A stretch of 57,557 bases of DNA, counting the filler, from Sluysia triapertura (taxonomy: Eukaryota): NCBI GenBank assembly GCA_046118255.1. It is 4 parts of 4 records of this genome, joined end to end, with 100 filler letters (N's around TTAATTAATTAA, not from the genome) between each part and the next. Parts side by side here need not be neighbours in the genome. Positions count along the whole stretch, not along the records: positions 1 to 17,340 come from JBJNIA010188942.1; positions 17,441 to 30,606 come from JBJNIA010055327.1; 2 more parts are not named here. One strand, written 5' to 3'. Under the pieces are notes generated by a model. That model had not been told where the DNA came from, ran no database searches, and saw only the letters and a list, made by a program, of their open reading frames with translations. Position 1 is the first letter of the stretch. The number at the start of each line of letters is the position of its first letter. This document shows, piece by piece, positions 13,201 to 27,890 of the stretch. The position numbers were made by a program, and so were the translations under genes.

Positions 13201-14074
13201 AAACAATTAATTATTGATTTTTTAATATCGTTATTTGGATAATATTGTTAATTGTATCTAATATTATTATTGTAAGTATTTTTTAGTAAATTTTAAGGCA
13301 AACGTTAAACATTTATTAAATATTTAAGAAAAATATTATAAATTCTAAAGTAAAAATTAAATATTTAAAAATAAATTTTGTTTGTCCAAAGTCATTCAAG
13401 GACGATTAAAACTACTATAAATTAACCTTAATTAGACAAAATAAAACACAATTTTTAAGTATTAATGCTTAAATCCTGGGCGATAATTTGGACTGGACAA
13501 ATTTTTATTCAACGTTGTTTCGTTAATTTATTTTTGATAAGTTTATAAGTGCTATTATAAAATATATGTAAGTTAATCGTTATAAGCTTTTGGAATCATT
13601 CCATGGTTCTTATTTAAGATCTCATTTTAAAAAATCTTTGTTGTTAAATTGAATTTTATTAATATTTGTATTAATTTATAGAGTTGACCTTGACTTAAAT
13701 TAAACAAAATAATTTTTAAAAAATTAATGAAATAATTTATTTGAAAATAATTTTATAAAAATAAACTACATACATTAAATAATAAATTAATTTCAATGTT
13801 CAATAATAATAAATCAATAATTGATTAAATCAATAATAATAAAAGTAACACTATTATGATTATTTCATAATAAATAATCAATAACATCATAAAATTGTGT
13901 GTTATCATAACATTATGATTTAATGTTCCAAAGTAACAAATTATAATATGAATGAAATAAAATGTTTTTTAGATTATAAAATTTATTAAATATTTCATTT
14001 TTGAACAACTTTAAAAATTTTATAGCTACAACCCAATTTAAATTGATAAACACTGAAAAAATGGCAAGATAAGA

Positions 14075-14920
14075 CTACAAGAATTTATAACAATTGTAAA
14101 CTCTTACTTTCTTGTATAAACAAATAAAGAAAAAGGTTTGATAAACATTTGTTCTATGAGAAGAGTACGCATAAAAATTAAGAAACGGTAGGTTATTTCG
14201 ATGTATAATGGTTGATAGTAGTTCTTTAACTAGAACTATTTTATTCTCGGTAATATGAATTGGTTTATCGTTTTCTTTGTAACCTATAAGGATGAGTCGA
14301 TGATTTGGCCTAGTGCAAAAAACTATTTCTGTTGTCAATTTCTACAGTGTAGTTGTGTCATTAGTTGAGCAATGTACTTCACTTGAGTTTAAATTATTAT
14401 ATATCAGGATTGTTTCGGCATTTTTTAGACTTCTATGTTCAAATTGTTAGATGTTAAGATTGTTGTTCCTTCACTCAAGTTATAAGATAGGTGCGTGTCA
14501 TTCTCTAAGTCTACTTTGTTAGAGTTCAAAACTACTTTACCTTTATCTATATTACAAAATACGTATGTGAATTTATCTACCTCTACTTTATTAAACTTTG
14601 AAACTACTTTATCTTTATTTAATAAAGTTACATTTATTTCGCTAAAAATCAGGATTGTATTGTTTTTATTTATAACTTTATTCACATTTACTTGATTAAA
14701 AATCAGGAACATGTTAATCTTATTTACATCATTTATTAGAGATATAACTTTATTTACATTAACTTTTTTGTATATAAGGATGAAATTGTCTTTATTCACG
14801 CGACGAAATATTAATATGTGCATTTACTTCATTTACATTGACTTTGTTAAAATTCAACGCTACATTATCCTTATTTATTCCATTTACCTTTATTTTGTTA
14901 ACTCCTTAACGTTCAATTTT
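14075..14920 (-). pseudogene. Decayed ORF with about six Asn/Lys/Val-rich tandem repeats
   Basis: Units INKDNVALNFNKVNVNEV, VNKDNFILIYKKVNVNKV, VNKINMFLIFNQVNVNKV, INKNNTILIFSEINV, LNKDKVVSKFNKVEVDK, IDKGKVVLNSNKVDLE. Frameshifts near 14825 and about 14420. Confidence 0.55.
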
Positions 14921-15930
14921 TTTCAAAAAAACTCATTTTTTATTGCTGCATTATTTACTATATTTTAGTGTGATATTTACAAAAAAAAATTCAAAAACAA
15001 AAAAAAACAATGAAAAATATGATATTTATTTATTATATCAGTATATGTTGGCTAAATATATTTTCTACCTAAACATGTCAATATAACCTTGCTCGAGTTA
15101 ATTCGAGTGTGCGAGTTAAGGGGTTAAGTGAATGACCTTTGTTTCATATAACTTTTATTAGTTTCTGTATCTTGAAATTGAGTTCTGAACTGGTTTCCGA
15201 TAGAGATAAGTATTAATAGTCAAATTTAACCAAATTTTAAATATCTTAAATAAATTAACATTTATATTACTAATATATATTTAAAAACAAAATTTCATAT
15301 ATAAATTAACAATTTTAATATTAATTTTATTTAATTTAATTTGGTTCTGCACTTACTAAATCAATATTCACCAAGAAATAATTCATTGTCCAAGAAGTAG
15401 TTCATTACAGTTTATATGTTATAGTTGTATTATTTATTAATTAGTATTATTATTTAAATCAATTGATTTAATTAATTTAAAAAAATCTGTCTTTTATCAA
15501 TTTTTTATTCTATGTTTTGATTCCTTTTTGTGTCATGTAAATTATATTCTTTACAAGATAGAAGTGAATTATTGATGTTACAAATGAATGGAAGACTAAG
15601 AAAGACATTAAGTTGTACTTCATAAAACATTAATGTAGAATAAGTGTTGTAAACATTTTACATAATTTAGATATTCGTGATTTAATTACTAAATCGTTAA
15701 AATGGCAACTGACTTGTAACGAATACATCAAGTTAATTATCTTCATGAAATTTATACCGAAAATGTTAATGAATTTTCACTTATATTCACTTATAACAAT
15801 CTGGTCTATGCATACCTGAATGGCCATCTTACTATTATTATCGTACATTATTTTTGTTTATGGCTCAGTTCACCTGAAAAATACTGTGAGTGCTTTAAAG
15901 TAAAGTCATAGAATAAAGCAAAAGTTTAAC

Positions 15931-16050
15931 GTAAGTTCACCAACGTACTGGGCTTACCGGTTGGATTTGTGATTAAAAGGATTCTTAAGTAAGATTAATA
16001 GAAATGCTCAAAGGACTTGCTATTAGTGTGAAAAATGTCTGGAGGTAAAA
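15931..16050 (-). repeat. Same family, copy C
   Basis: Reverse complement reads acctccagacattttt...AAATCCAACCGGTAAGCCCAGTACGTTGGTGAACTTAC. Confidence 0.75.
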
Positions 16051-17340
16051 TTTTATAAGATTTTATAAAATATTTTGCGTAATTGAATTTAAATTCCAAT
16101 TGTTGAAAACACTTTCGCCTGTTTATTTTATAATTTATAGCTATAGAAATAAATAATCAAAACACTCTTTGTTAATAATTTATTATGAAATAGTTATGAC
16201 GTGATAATAAAAAAAGGAGTGTACAATAATATCCATTTACGTGTTTTAACTCAATAAGAGTTAAAATTTTAAAAATTTCAAATAGTTTATTGATGATTTT
16301 AAGTGGGACCTATTATAAGATCCAAATATTTAATAAAAGATTTTAAGTAAGATTTTTCGTAGATATTATTATTAATATCGTGTCTTATAATAATTAAACT
16401 AACGTAATACGAAACAAAATTTTATTGAAAGTTCAACTGCCCTTCAGATTAAAACAAAAGTTTAAAATTTAGTTTATTGAAACAAAATATATTAAAATTG
16501 ATTTGTTACGTTAGTTTAGAAATTAATATGTAATTTTTTAATTAACAATACAAATTCTCACTTTAATAAGATTTATTTCCAAAAATAAAATTCAAAATGT
16601 CGAATATTCCAAAATTGCATTAAACAAATGTTCCAAAAATAAAATTATTAAGAATAATCAAATCAAGTTATAAAATTTGAATATTAAAAATTATATCATA
16701 ATATATAAATTTCACATAATATACAAATCGAAAAAAAAATTATGAAGTTCACGAAAATCAAATATACAAATGTTCACATCAAATATACAAAGTTCATTTG
16801 TTTAACAATACATTTGATCATGTGTTTTTCAGTATTCATTTATTCCTTAACATTTTACATTATGATCCAATCGCACTGTATTAAACATCTGCCTCTACAT
16901 TCTTTATCTGCTTAATATTTTAATATATTAATAAAATATCAATCTTATCAATGCCAGATTTGAGCCTGTTGGACCGATTGGGCTGCGCCTCTTGTGGACC
17001 CACACTAGAAGTATAATCAATCAGTAAGATTACTTACTTATTAATACTATCACTTAACTTTCAATACATGAAGTATGACCCATAATTGATTCTTAAATTT
17101 ATTATTATTATTATTATTTTAAGATATAGTTTGCAACTAGGAAGATATTTGTTACTCGGTTAAAAACATTTCTTTTTTGATTTTACCTACATTTTGTAAT
17201 TTATTGCAGTAAATATTTCTCTGCTCATTGTGACTGTTTCTTAAAATATTTTTCAAATATTCGCTCTTAGTAAATACTTATTCATTTATTATAATTTGTG
17301 ATCGGTGTAAAACGAGAACCGCAAAAATGTTTCGTTGACT

Positions 17341-17440
17341 NNNNNNNNNNNNNNNNNNNNNNNNNNNNNNNNNNNNNNNNNNNNTTAATTAATTAANNNN
17401 NNNNNNNNNNNNNNNNNNNNNNNNNNNNNNNNNNNNNNNN
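17341..17440. other. Artificial assembly gap with six-frame stop linker
   Basis: N44-TTAATTAATTAA-N44. Confidence 0.98.
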
Positions 17441-17799
17441 TTTTAATTATAATTTCCTAATTAATAATAATTTTAATAATTTTTTGTAATATTTTTAATT
17501 TTTATAATATTTATAATTTTTTTACCTTTTTACAAAAACATCAAATATAAATAATAATATATAAATAATTTTATAAAAATATCAATTTACAAATAAAAAT
17601 AATTATTTACAACCTTTACAGTATACTGAGTCGTGCACTGTCTATTAATATAATTGAAACAATAGACCTTCTATTCATAAAGAAATAATTTATCGATTAA
17701 GTTAACATAATCTAAATAAAAATATACTTTTTTAATTTGTTATAAGTATATATCTAAGTAAAAAATTAACTTTTGCATAAAATGTTAACATATAGGCTC

Positions 17800-19800
17800 A
17801 AAAAGAGCCATTTAAAGAAATTGGTCTAGCAAGAGTAATAATGCCAAGTTTTAAAAATTATTTGTCGTTTAACGGAAGTTTTTCAACATACTTTAAGAAA
17901 TTCATAAAAACTAACTGAAAAGAATCACTACTTTATTGTGTTGTTCCTTTTGTTTCACAGTATTTGAACTCATTTATCTATTTAGCGGTAAACATAGGAT
18001 ATAGAAAGTAGTAAAGACCTATCATAATATTTGTTTTTGGACATATAGCAATTTCAAGGATTTCAAAAGGTGCGAATTTCCTTACATTTAATTGTTTGTT
18101 TTATATTGATGCTATCATTTTTTTCCAACTTACTTGATTCTTTTCAAGTAACATTTCCAAGCATGTTCGTACTGCATTTGTTAAAGAAAATACGAATATT
18201 ATTAGTCTTTCATCAATTTGTGGGACTTTTACATTTCCATAAATTGAAATCTTTAAATTGATTTTAATTACATGGTTAATAGCTCATCCGGATAATAAAC
18301 AAATATCAAATTTTGTCAAGTTTTTTTAAATCCATTCAAAATGTAACACTTTCTGGAATACATTTTCATGGATTCGTTGTTATTGTTTAAAATGAATTTT
18401 TATTTCCATTATTTTCTGGATACTCAAAAACTCCGGCATTATTTTATACATTTAGCCCAATTTTTAATAAAGTATTCATATTAATTATAAATGTCATTCC
18501 AAAATATTTTCATTACAGTGCTTATAGTTAAATTATTTACTGGCATGTTATTTAATTAAATTTTTGAATGATTAATTGAGAATATAGTTTCAATGTTTAG
18601 AACAATTTTTTATTTATGATTTGAAATAAAAATAATAAGTTTTGAAATTGAAGTGTTAAAACAAACAATTTGTTTTACTACTTTAAATTAATAACTATTT
18701 TATATTAAATGAGTTTTTACAGAGATATTTCTAAATAAAATTTTTTGCAACATAACTATGAGTTGCATTTTTGAAAAGTTGTAAAAGTTTAAAGTTATGG
18801 TGTAACTGGTATCAATAGAATAACATAATTACCATTCAGTCTATGTTACTATAATAAATTCTGAAGTCGATAATTCAATTTAAAAGTTAGTTGATCTTTT
18901 GCAAAAGTAACAGGTTTAAAGTATGAAGTGTATGAGTTTAAGCTATTCTAAAGCTTGGTCTTTAGTTTTACATAAATATTCATTGTGGAACATTATTAAA
19001 TTTATTTTTACTCTTAAGTTATAGCATTCAGACAATGTTTATAAGGAAGTTTTAATTATGGTGCCTTTATAAAATTATTTTTATTCAACGATTTTCCCTT
19101 TTAACCAAGAAATAGGCTAGATTATGGTTAATTTGTAAACAGATTATTATCACTTTAGTAACCAATAAAAGACTTGATTTCATTATGGCTTATTTTATTA
19201 TAGTTAATTATTATAAGGCTAAAATGGGACTTAAAGTCCAAATCTTTAATACAAAGTTGAAATTTTTTCTAATCGATTATAATTATTACTACAATAATAA
19301 TCATATTAGTATACTAATATGATTATTATTGTAGTAAAAATAAAAAAACATCTTTGATATTGAAAAAAAATTAAAATATCGAGTAGCTGCATCTATATAT
19401 TATGGACATCGATCATACAAATTAAATATTGCAAGATATATTGGTGGTTCTATTTCTGAAACTAATTCACTATTGCCATGTTCGTCGATAATTAAATAAT
19501 CTGTTCTACCTATCTTTTTCTCTGCTAACATTTACACATGTGGGATCACACTGCTTCAGATTTTCCACTTTACACAGTACAGGGTTACTGTACGCATTCT
19601 TTCATTTCCTAAAGGAGGACATTCAACAGCAATTCGAAGATTATCGTTTGTATCTCGTAACATCTGTTCATTTCCATTAGTAATTGTACTTGAATTAATA
19701 TTTCTCTAAGATAATTTTCTAGATTTCTATTCCTTTGTTTATCATTTTGACATTGGACTGTTTTCTCCTTCAATTTCTGTGTTACTGTAACAATATTATG
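17800..19800 (-). mobile_element. Decayed LINE-like remnant (possible ORF1-like segment 19380-19760 and post-RT ORF2 segment 18200-18550)
   Basis: KYFGMTF...KNWAKCIK (compare KYLGI...NW...I.K of L1/Tx1) and DLKKLDKI*YLFI. The upstream frame LRIAVECPPLGNERMRTVTLYCVKWKI looks coding. No YADD motif found. Confidence 0.35.
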
Positions 19801-22599
19801 TATTCATTTCGAACTAAAATCCTTTATTATTGTTCCAACTTCTTTAACAATTACTCATAACTATAACCTGTCTATTTTATTAAGATTATTTTTTTATCCA
19901 AAAGTTATTATGTAACTACTTTTTTTGTTAGCCGTCATTTTATATTTTGTTTTTCTAATTTGATTAATTAATTTTTTGTCTTTTTGGTTTTCTGATATTT
20001 TGTTTCGCCAAATTTTCTTCTCTGTAATATGTTTCTCAAAATTCACTAACAATGACTTTGAAATTAATAAATATCGGCATAAAATGCAGTCAGTACACAT
20101 AAACAGTTTAATTTGTTATTTCATAATCCAATTTAACAAGTGACGTACTATTAATATTACGCCACTAGTACTTTATTATGATTTAATTTATTATTATTAT
20201 TTTATTATTATTATTATAATTATAATAATAATAATTATTATTATAACTTGTTTATTATTGCTACATATAGAAACCGAAAAATAAAACAATGAAAAATTAC
20301 ATATTTTTCTTTTTAGCAAATTTCCTTTATCTTTTTTATTTTGTCGATCTTTTGCTTCTTCGCAGATTCTTTTGATGCAAAACATAACAATTTGCTCATC
20401 CACAAAACTGCGGATGACTTGAGCTTGTTTTGAACTTTTTACTTTGGTCTGCGATGGTTTTCGGGTTTTAGTTAGTTAAGATGCTTTGTAAATGTAATTA
20501 CAGGTCATTTTTTATACGTTTTAATTGTTTGTTTAATGTTTTCTCATAATTTGGTAATCTCTTCTTTCACTCTCTTGCACCAATAAGCCTGTGATCGATT
20601 TTTAAATACAACTGTTTTCTAATTAGTGCTGCTCGTAATACATGATGAGCATTAATTTTTTATGCAAAGTATTCCTTTAGTTGTAAAAAGAAGATTCGGA
20701 GAGAAAGTTATTATGTTACTTTGTTATTAAGGTGTTACTCTAAGGTTTAAAACATTTTATATATTGCGCTGTTTAAGTGTTTGAATGTTTGTGTGCTTGG
20801 TTCAATATTTTGTTTATAAAATTTTGAATAAAAAGGTTGGACCACCACACTTACGTATCCTGAAAATGAAAATTTTATTAGTGGAATAATATTTCATATT
20901 TTAGTTCTTTTTACCTCTTTTTACCTAGTTGCTTCAACAAAATTCTTGAATTCGTCCCATAAAAATTATCAAATAATAGCACGATATATTAAGGTGTTTG
21001 TAGTAAAATAATCGTCCCATAGGCAGCGTTGAGTTTAAAAAATCGGTTTCCAGCACACTGGAGTATTTATAAATTCTTAAAATAAAGATAAAGGTGTTTT
21101 AGTTTTTTTCGTATTTGCCAATATTTAATACTACAACTATTATATATTCTAAGTATAAGTAGATTCTGAATAATCTAGTTATATTTCGCGAATCATATCT
21201 CCTGAAAATAAAATTTTTAAAAATCTAGAAAATAAAAGTTAAAAATAAAAATTTAATAAATTATGATAATCAATATATTTGCTAAATGGAACTTTACTGA
21301 AAAAGATAATTTTAAGTGAAGAACAATTTCTAATAAATTATGAATTCTTATTAAACGACATGCAATTTTCAAATTCTATGATCAACAATAATGTACTTGA
21401 AACCCTATAATGTTTGATATTGCGTTATATATCATTGTTGCTCATTTCTAAAGAAATATTTAATAGTACTGAAACTAACGGATTATGTCTAATTCAAATA
21501 TCTGATACTATTATACTATAAATGTGACTATCATGTTTGCGACTATATTAATTCGTGAATGTATGCAAATTGTGACTATTCACTATTGATTATGTAAATT
21601 ATGTACAAGCTTGTGATTAACTTTATACTACAAATTTTATGATATTTATTTATTTGAACTAATTATATTAACTTTATATATTTATTGATTTATTATATCC
21701 TTTGGAAATATTTTATTTGAATGTAAGAATTTTTATTTTAATTTTTATTCACAATTTTATTAAAATTTTATATTCTTAATTTTATAAATTTTTAAAATTT
21801 ACTGTTGCAAACTAACGTTGGTATTCTAATTTTGATAATTTTAAAACAAGTATATAAACACCAACTTTTTGCAATTACAACACAACTCAACAATACACGA
21901 TTAACATACCAAAATTTCCGCAAGGTGTTTATAAATCTTGGATAAATTGACAATATTCGATCTGCAGTTTATTACAATCCTTCCAGACGTTATTTAATTA
22001 AATAAAGAATTTAAGATTTTGTCACGAATTGACCGAGAATTTTCTTTTAATTGGATCAAAATTTTACTAGTAACGTTAGTTTGATTTTGTTAAGATTAAT
22101 ATTTTTATCAGACGCAAAATAGACTTAATATCACTGATAACATTGGGATCATATAACGATCCATAGTAAAATATATTTTTTAAATTTTAATTATTGATTT
22201 AACTAACTAAAACAGCTAGTTCATGTAAATTTATTATTATTTATTATTAGTCCCAATTTTGTATAGTTTAGAAATAAAGTTTCTTTTTGTCTGTGAATGT
22301 TTAATTTACTAACTTACATAGCCTCAAAATATGTTAAATCGAACACTGCAATTGTTTTCGAAAAGCTAGAATTTAATTCTAGATACGCAAAATCTTTTTC
22401 AACTATTCCATGTAAAATTAAATTTTTTATTTAAATATTCAGCTTCAAAGTTGCTAAGCAGTTTGCAATTTAACTTCCCAAGAGCCTCAATTTATAAATC
22501 ACTAAGGAATATTAACGCGATAAAAGACAGAATTTACTTCCATGTAGAATTGAGTACTAGGGACTTTGTTAACATATTTTTCAAGACTTATTTTACAAG

Positions 22600-22650
22600 A
22601 AATCCAACGGCTAGTCTTAACTGGTAAGTCCAGTATGTTGGCGAACTCAC
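22600..22650 (+). repeat. Same family, copy B
   Basis: AAATCCAACGGCTAGTCTTAACTGGTAAGTCCAGTATGTTGGCGAACTCAC. Confidence 0.8.
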
Positions 22651-25600
22651 TTTAAGTTAAGTTCTTTTCATTCTATTCACTTACCTTTTATAATAACAAA
22701 AATTAAATTTTATTATTATTAACAAAATAAACAGGGATTTAGTAATAATATAAATTATAATCAAAATTTTTGGAAGTATTTGATTTTAAATTAAGATTTT
22801 ATATTCTTTAAAGAATTTTTTGTATAAATTTTGAGTAATATAACTTACAAAACAAAACGATTTTGTTGTTTTATATTTGTTAATTTTTATAGTCGTAAAA
22901 TCAAAAAATCTTCACGTGCATCAAAGATTTCGTCAGAATTTAATTCTGACTACGAAAAATACATTTATTACGAATCCTTTTATAGGATTTTACAAAATAC
23001 TATTTAAATTACTCATTAAAATTTATTTTAGAACACCTCCAGAGTTTAATTTATTAAGCATTTAGGCTTGCATTAAGTTAATTCGTTAACCTTTTTAAAT
23101 CATATAGAAATCCAACGACTGGCATCACTTCTATTATCATCACTTCTCTCACAATTAGATGGATATTCTTTTTTTGTTTCTATTTCTACTATCATCAATT
23201 TAATTGGGTTTATTTTGATAATCATATAAATTTCATCGATCTAAAGTAAGGCTTTAAACCAAAATTTTTTAAATTACATTAATTAATTAAAATTTTGCCA
23301 TACATTTATTAAAACAATTTAAATTATAATTTTTATTATTTTAGAATTTTTGGTAAAAGTAAATTAAATTAAAAATAGAAATATAAATTAAAATGTAAAT
23401 TAAATTAGGAAAATATAAAAATACTTGCTAAACAAAAAATATTAAATTAAATTTAATACAATAATGATACTGTTCTAAAGATGTAAAACAAGATTACTAA
23501 TATTTATTTCAAATACCTGTTTTGTTCAGGTATTCTTTTATCTGCACAAGTACAGAAAATCAAGTATTTTAATGATAGTTTTTTTAATTGTTAATTATAT
23601 TTGTTTATATTCTATCAAAGTACTAAAAATTAGTTTTAACTTCTTTAATTGACTTTATATGCAATGCAGTTTGTTGATTATTTTTGTAAAACGAAACTTT
23701 TATAATCAAAGTCGTATGTCTTTGTCTTTCATATTTCATATTTTTGTAAAAATTGTTTATTTTTTACAAAAATCAAACACAATTTACTTTAAATTGAACC
23801 TGTTCATCGTGTTTGTAACTCTACGTTGTCATAGATTTCTAAAAAACATATATTTTTTGTCTATTGTGCTTAAATAATGCAAACGATTGGGCAATTTTAA
23901 AACCGAAATACAAGATTTGGTTGTTGAGTATGAGGAATATAGACAAGAAATTTGTGAATATCCATAAAGAAACATGCATAAAATAAATGTATATTTGTTC
24001 TAAATTATTCATAAATCTTGAAATTAACAAAATTAATTACTTTCGACAATATTATATCAGTTGTGTAAGATAATTATCCAATAACTTCAACATCCAATAT
24101 CTGGAACAAAATGAGAATTTCTCAAAGAAAAATTAGAATTTATTTCTCCCCTTAACATATTCATAACATATATAAAACATATTAACCAATATTATTATAA
24201 AATTTTCAGAAAGACTTAGAAATTTTTCATAGTCACATAATCATCCATTTTAAAACCCTATTTCGTCTCATCCGTAACAAATTCAGTAAGGAAATTTTAA
24301 AAAATCGTACGGTTTTTGATTATTTTTTTCAATAATGGTAGTAAATATTCTGATATGATTTAATATATCAATAAATATCGTAAAAATTCTACATCAGTTT
24401 GAAGTAGATTATATTTGATCTTCCATTCAAAACAATATATCGTTTTTATTTTTTGTTCTCTTAGATGTAAGTCTGTCTTAAACTGTGCATTATGTGATAG
24501 TAAATGAAATAATTACCGCCAATTTTCTTAAAATTCCAATTTTTATATTTCTCTTCGAAAATATGTTTACCAATGCCTCTAAAATCATCAAAGAATTTTT
24601 ATCAGTTACTTAAAATCAAATCCCATTTTATTTAAAAAAGTGGAACCTTTGCTAACAATAAAAAATTAATGAAATGTTAATAAAGTTATTACTATTATAA
24701 TTATAATGATAATGGTTATTATTATTGCTTAGATTACATTGTTGCGTCTTTATTTATTAGTGAAAATAACTCAATAACAAATCAATTTAGTTTAGAGAAT
24801 CTCAATAAATTTAATAACTACAAAATCAAATAGAAAATATCACATATTCTTATTTTCACAATGACATTTATTAAAACCAAAAATATTACGTTTTTCAATT
24901 TAAATTAAGAATAACTCCATACTTTAAAAATTACTAAATCAAGTACAAATTGTTACCATCACTTACGATTAAATAAAACTGACTACATCTGAAAATTAAC
25001 AGTAATTTTATGACAATATTAAAAACACAATAATCAATCCAAAAAACAATCAATCTAACAGAATTAAATTCTTAACACTTCCAAAAAATAAATCTATAAA
25101 TAAATAACAAAATTCAATAATCAATTTAATCTGCAATCTCAGTAATTAATGAAAACACTAATTAATCTTTCTAAATAAAAGTTATTAACTATAAATCGAC
25201 TTTACTCGTCATTTATTCAAAGAACAGCTGTAAATGATTAAAGAGAAAGTTTTCCTCTAAAAAACTAATTTACTTAAATTAATAATTATAAAATAAAATA
25301 AATAATGCTTCACGTGAGCATCATTAAAGTTTTGATACTTGTTTAAAAATTTTTTTGAATTTTTAGGTATTACTTTTTATACTTTTTCATCATCCTAATC
25401 ATTTCTGAATTTTTTGATTAAACATTCTCTCGAACAAATAATTGCAGCATTCTTTGTGAATTAAACCGAAAATAATGTAATTTTGACAGTTACATGGTAG
25501 AGTCTTTCAAAGTTTCTTAGATACAAAACGCAAAAAATTGATTATGATCAAATATTATTTTCATCTACTCTACTCGAGCTATTTTTACTTAAATTACTTC

Positions 25601-25854
25601 TCACATTAATAAGAAAATAATGAATTTAATTTTAGTTTTTAGAATTCAATTGATTTTCAGGTTTCCACATCCAATTTTCTAATAAAAATTTTTTTAAGGT
25701 TTTTATTCTCAAACAAAGCATTCTACAGTCATTTCCAACTCAATTCTAGATTCTCCTCTGTTATTGCAATCATCTCATATTCAATTTATTATCTTTTTAT
25801 CATTCTAAGTATAAAAAATTCAATAATTAAAAATTAGTTAAAATTTGACTTTAT

Positions 25855-26400
25855 TCATGAACTGGATCAAACGGTCTTTTCACACCAAACCTGACATTTC
25901 CTATTCAAACGTTATTCACAAAAATGTAATTTCTCTTAATTAAGTTAATTAAGATTTTAATTAATTAATCAATGTTTAGACTTAATCTTCTTTTATGTTT
26001 AATGATTTTATTAAGGTTCTAATATTATTTAGTACTTTATAAGACATTCACCATTATGATTCTTATATTTCTTATTATTAATCAATACAATATAAAATTT
26101 ATCTTAAATATTAGTGACAATAATTTTATTCCTTAAATATTTTATGATTTCAATTACTTCTAAAAACTCTTAAATACTTATCAAGGTTTCAAGATTACTT
26201 AAAGGTCAATAATATCTTAAACGACCTCAAGCCCCCATAAGGTCTCAACACTTTTTAAATATCATTGGAACTCCAAGGTATAATTCAGCTGTTAAAATGA
26301 CCATAAAAATTTTCATCTTCAATATTCTTATTCCAACTATATTTTCCTAAACTTTAACCACCATTTTTTCTACATTTTCAATTCCACATCTTCCTTAGTC
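25855..26400 (-). repeat. Dispersed repeat, inverted homolog of the NAV intronic element at 33290-33870
   Basis: catgaactggatcaaac / tttagacttaatctt / ttttcatcttca pair with gtttgatcgagttcatg / aagattaagtctaaa / tgaagatgaaaa in collinear inverted order. Confidence 0.75.
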
Positions 26401-27707
26401 ACCTCTTGTTCCACAGTTGGACAATTCAACATCATCATAACAAAATGTCTGTAAGATCGTTGTAAACTAGTGTCATATACCAACCTCATTTTTATTTACT
26501 TATTAATATTTAAAAGTAGTATATTTATGCTGCACATTAGTAACCTTAATTCAATATTTTATTAAACCTATATTATTAACGACACACTTTCATTTTACAT
26601 TGAAATTTTTTTACTTTAAAGAGATTTTAAATTCATTGTAATAAAATATAGGAATATCGACTAAAAAGTAAGTAAACAGAGTTTTCTGTTTACAAATAAA
26701 TCCGTTTAAAGTGACTTTCCATCGGTAATCTACTATATTCGAATATCATTAAATATTTATTTCAAAATATTTACAATTACGAAAATAATGATAATGACAA
26801 TTATAGGAGTTTTATTTATTATAGAAAAATAATTTTTATATTTCGTTTAGTCTATTGTCTTGGTCAATAATTTGAATAATAATGAAATTAAATTAAATGT
26901 ATACATAATAACCCAAAAAATCCGATTATTAATTTTTTTTATTATAAAAAACAGTACTGAAGCTATTCGGTTTGTGCATAGTTTTATTTAGGTAAAGTAA
27001 TTATGCTTTATACCATTAACTTTCAAAACAATTTAAAAATATTTTAGTAAACTCAAAATAAACATCTTAAAATGTCCTAAAATCAAAAAACTGAGTTTTA
27101 TGCAATTCGAAAAGTACATTTATTTAAAAAACAATGGAAAGATACTATAATGTATTCTTAGTCAAGAAAACTTGACTTAAATAAAGATTGGCATCTGATA
27201 AGCACATGTTAGGTGTAATTTGCCACATAAATATAATAAAATGCTTTCTAAAAATAAATAAATTTATGTAACTTCTTCGAGTAATTATTTGTACGAAATT
27301 ATAAGTCCGATCCTATTCACGTGATCCATCTGTAAATACACTTTATTATAAGCTTCTAACCATCTTAAACGCAATAGAATCCCACTTTATTATAATTATT
27401 TTATTAATTTATTAGTGAAAATATATTAATACAGTTTTATTTTTCACAAAAATAAAAAATAAGAACCATGTTTAATATTTTATATTCAATTGCTTAATTT
27501 TCAGATTGGGCATTTTTTCAAATTTCTCCCGCTGCACAATCTAATTTGGTCTGTTAGGCTACGCGCTCATAATGTATTAATTAGACAGTTGAAAAAATAG
27601 TTTTCGAAAGAAAAATCGAACTTTATTAAAAAATAAACAAATAAATGAATACTAAAAACACAAACAAACAAATAACTTAAAATAAATGAATTTGAATTTG
27701 CATATGA

Positions 27708-27890
27708 ATTACGCCTATCTCTCGTTTTACAGACTACCTTTTTACTCGTTTTTGCTTTTACACGGTTCAAAAAAAATTTAAAATTAAATATGGAAATTCA
27801 ATATTTAATTTTAAATTTTTTTGAACTGTGTAAAAACGAAAACATGTGTAAAAAACATAGTTCAATAAAAGAACAATAGTGGGTAAAATA
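27708..27890. repeat. Palindromic (fold-back) MITE-like element
   Basis: Near-perfect arms at 27756-27791 and 27801-27835 (ttttacacggttcaaaaaaaatttaaaattaaatat / atatttaattttaaatttttttgaactgtgtaaaa), with degenerate extension outward. Confidence 0.8.

Noticed and set aside
17385-17396. Thrice-repeated palindrome TTAATTAATTAA as a biological motif
   Set aside because: It is always centred in N runs; an assembly linker.
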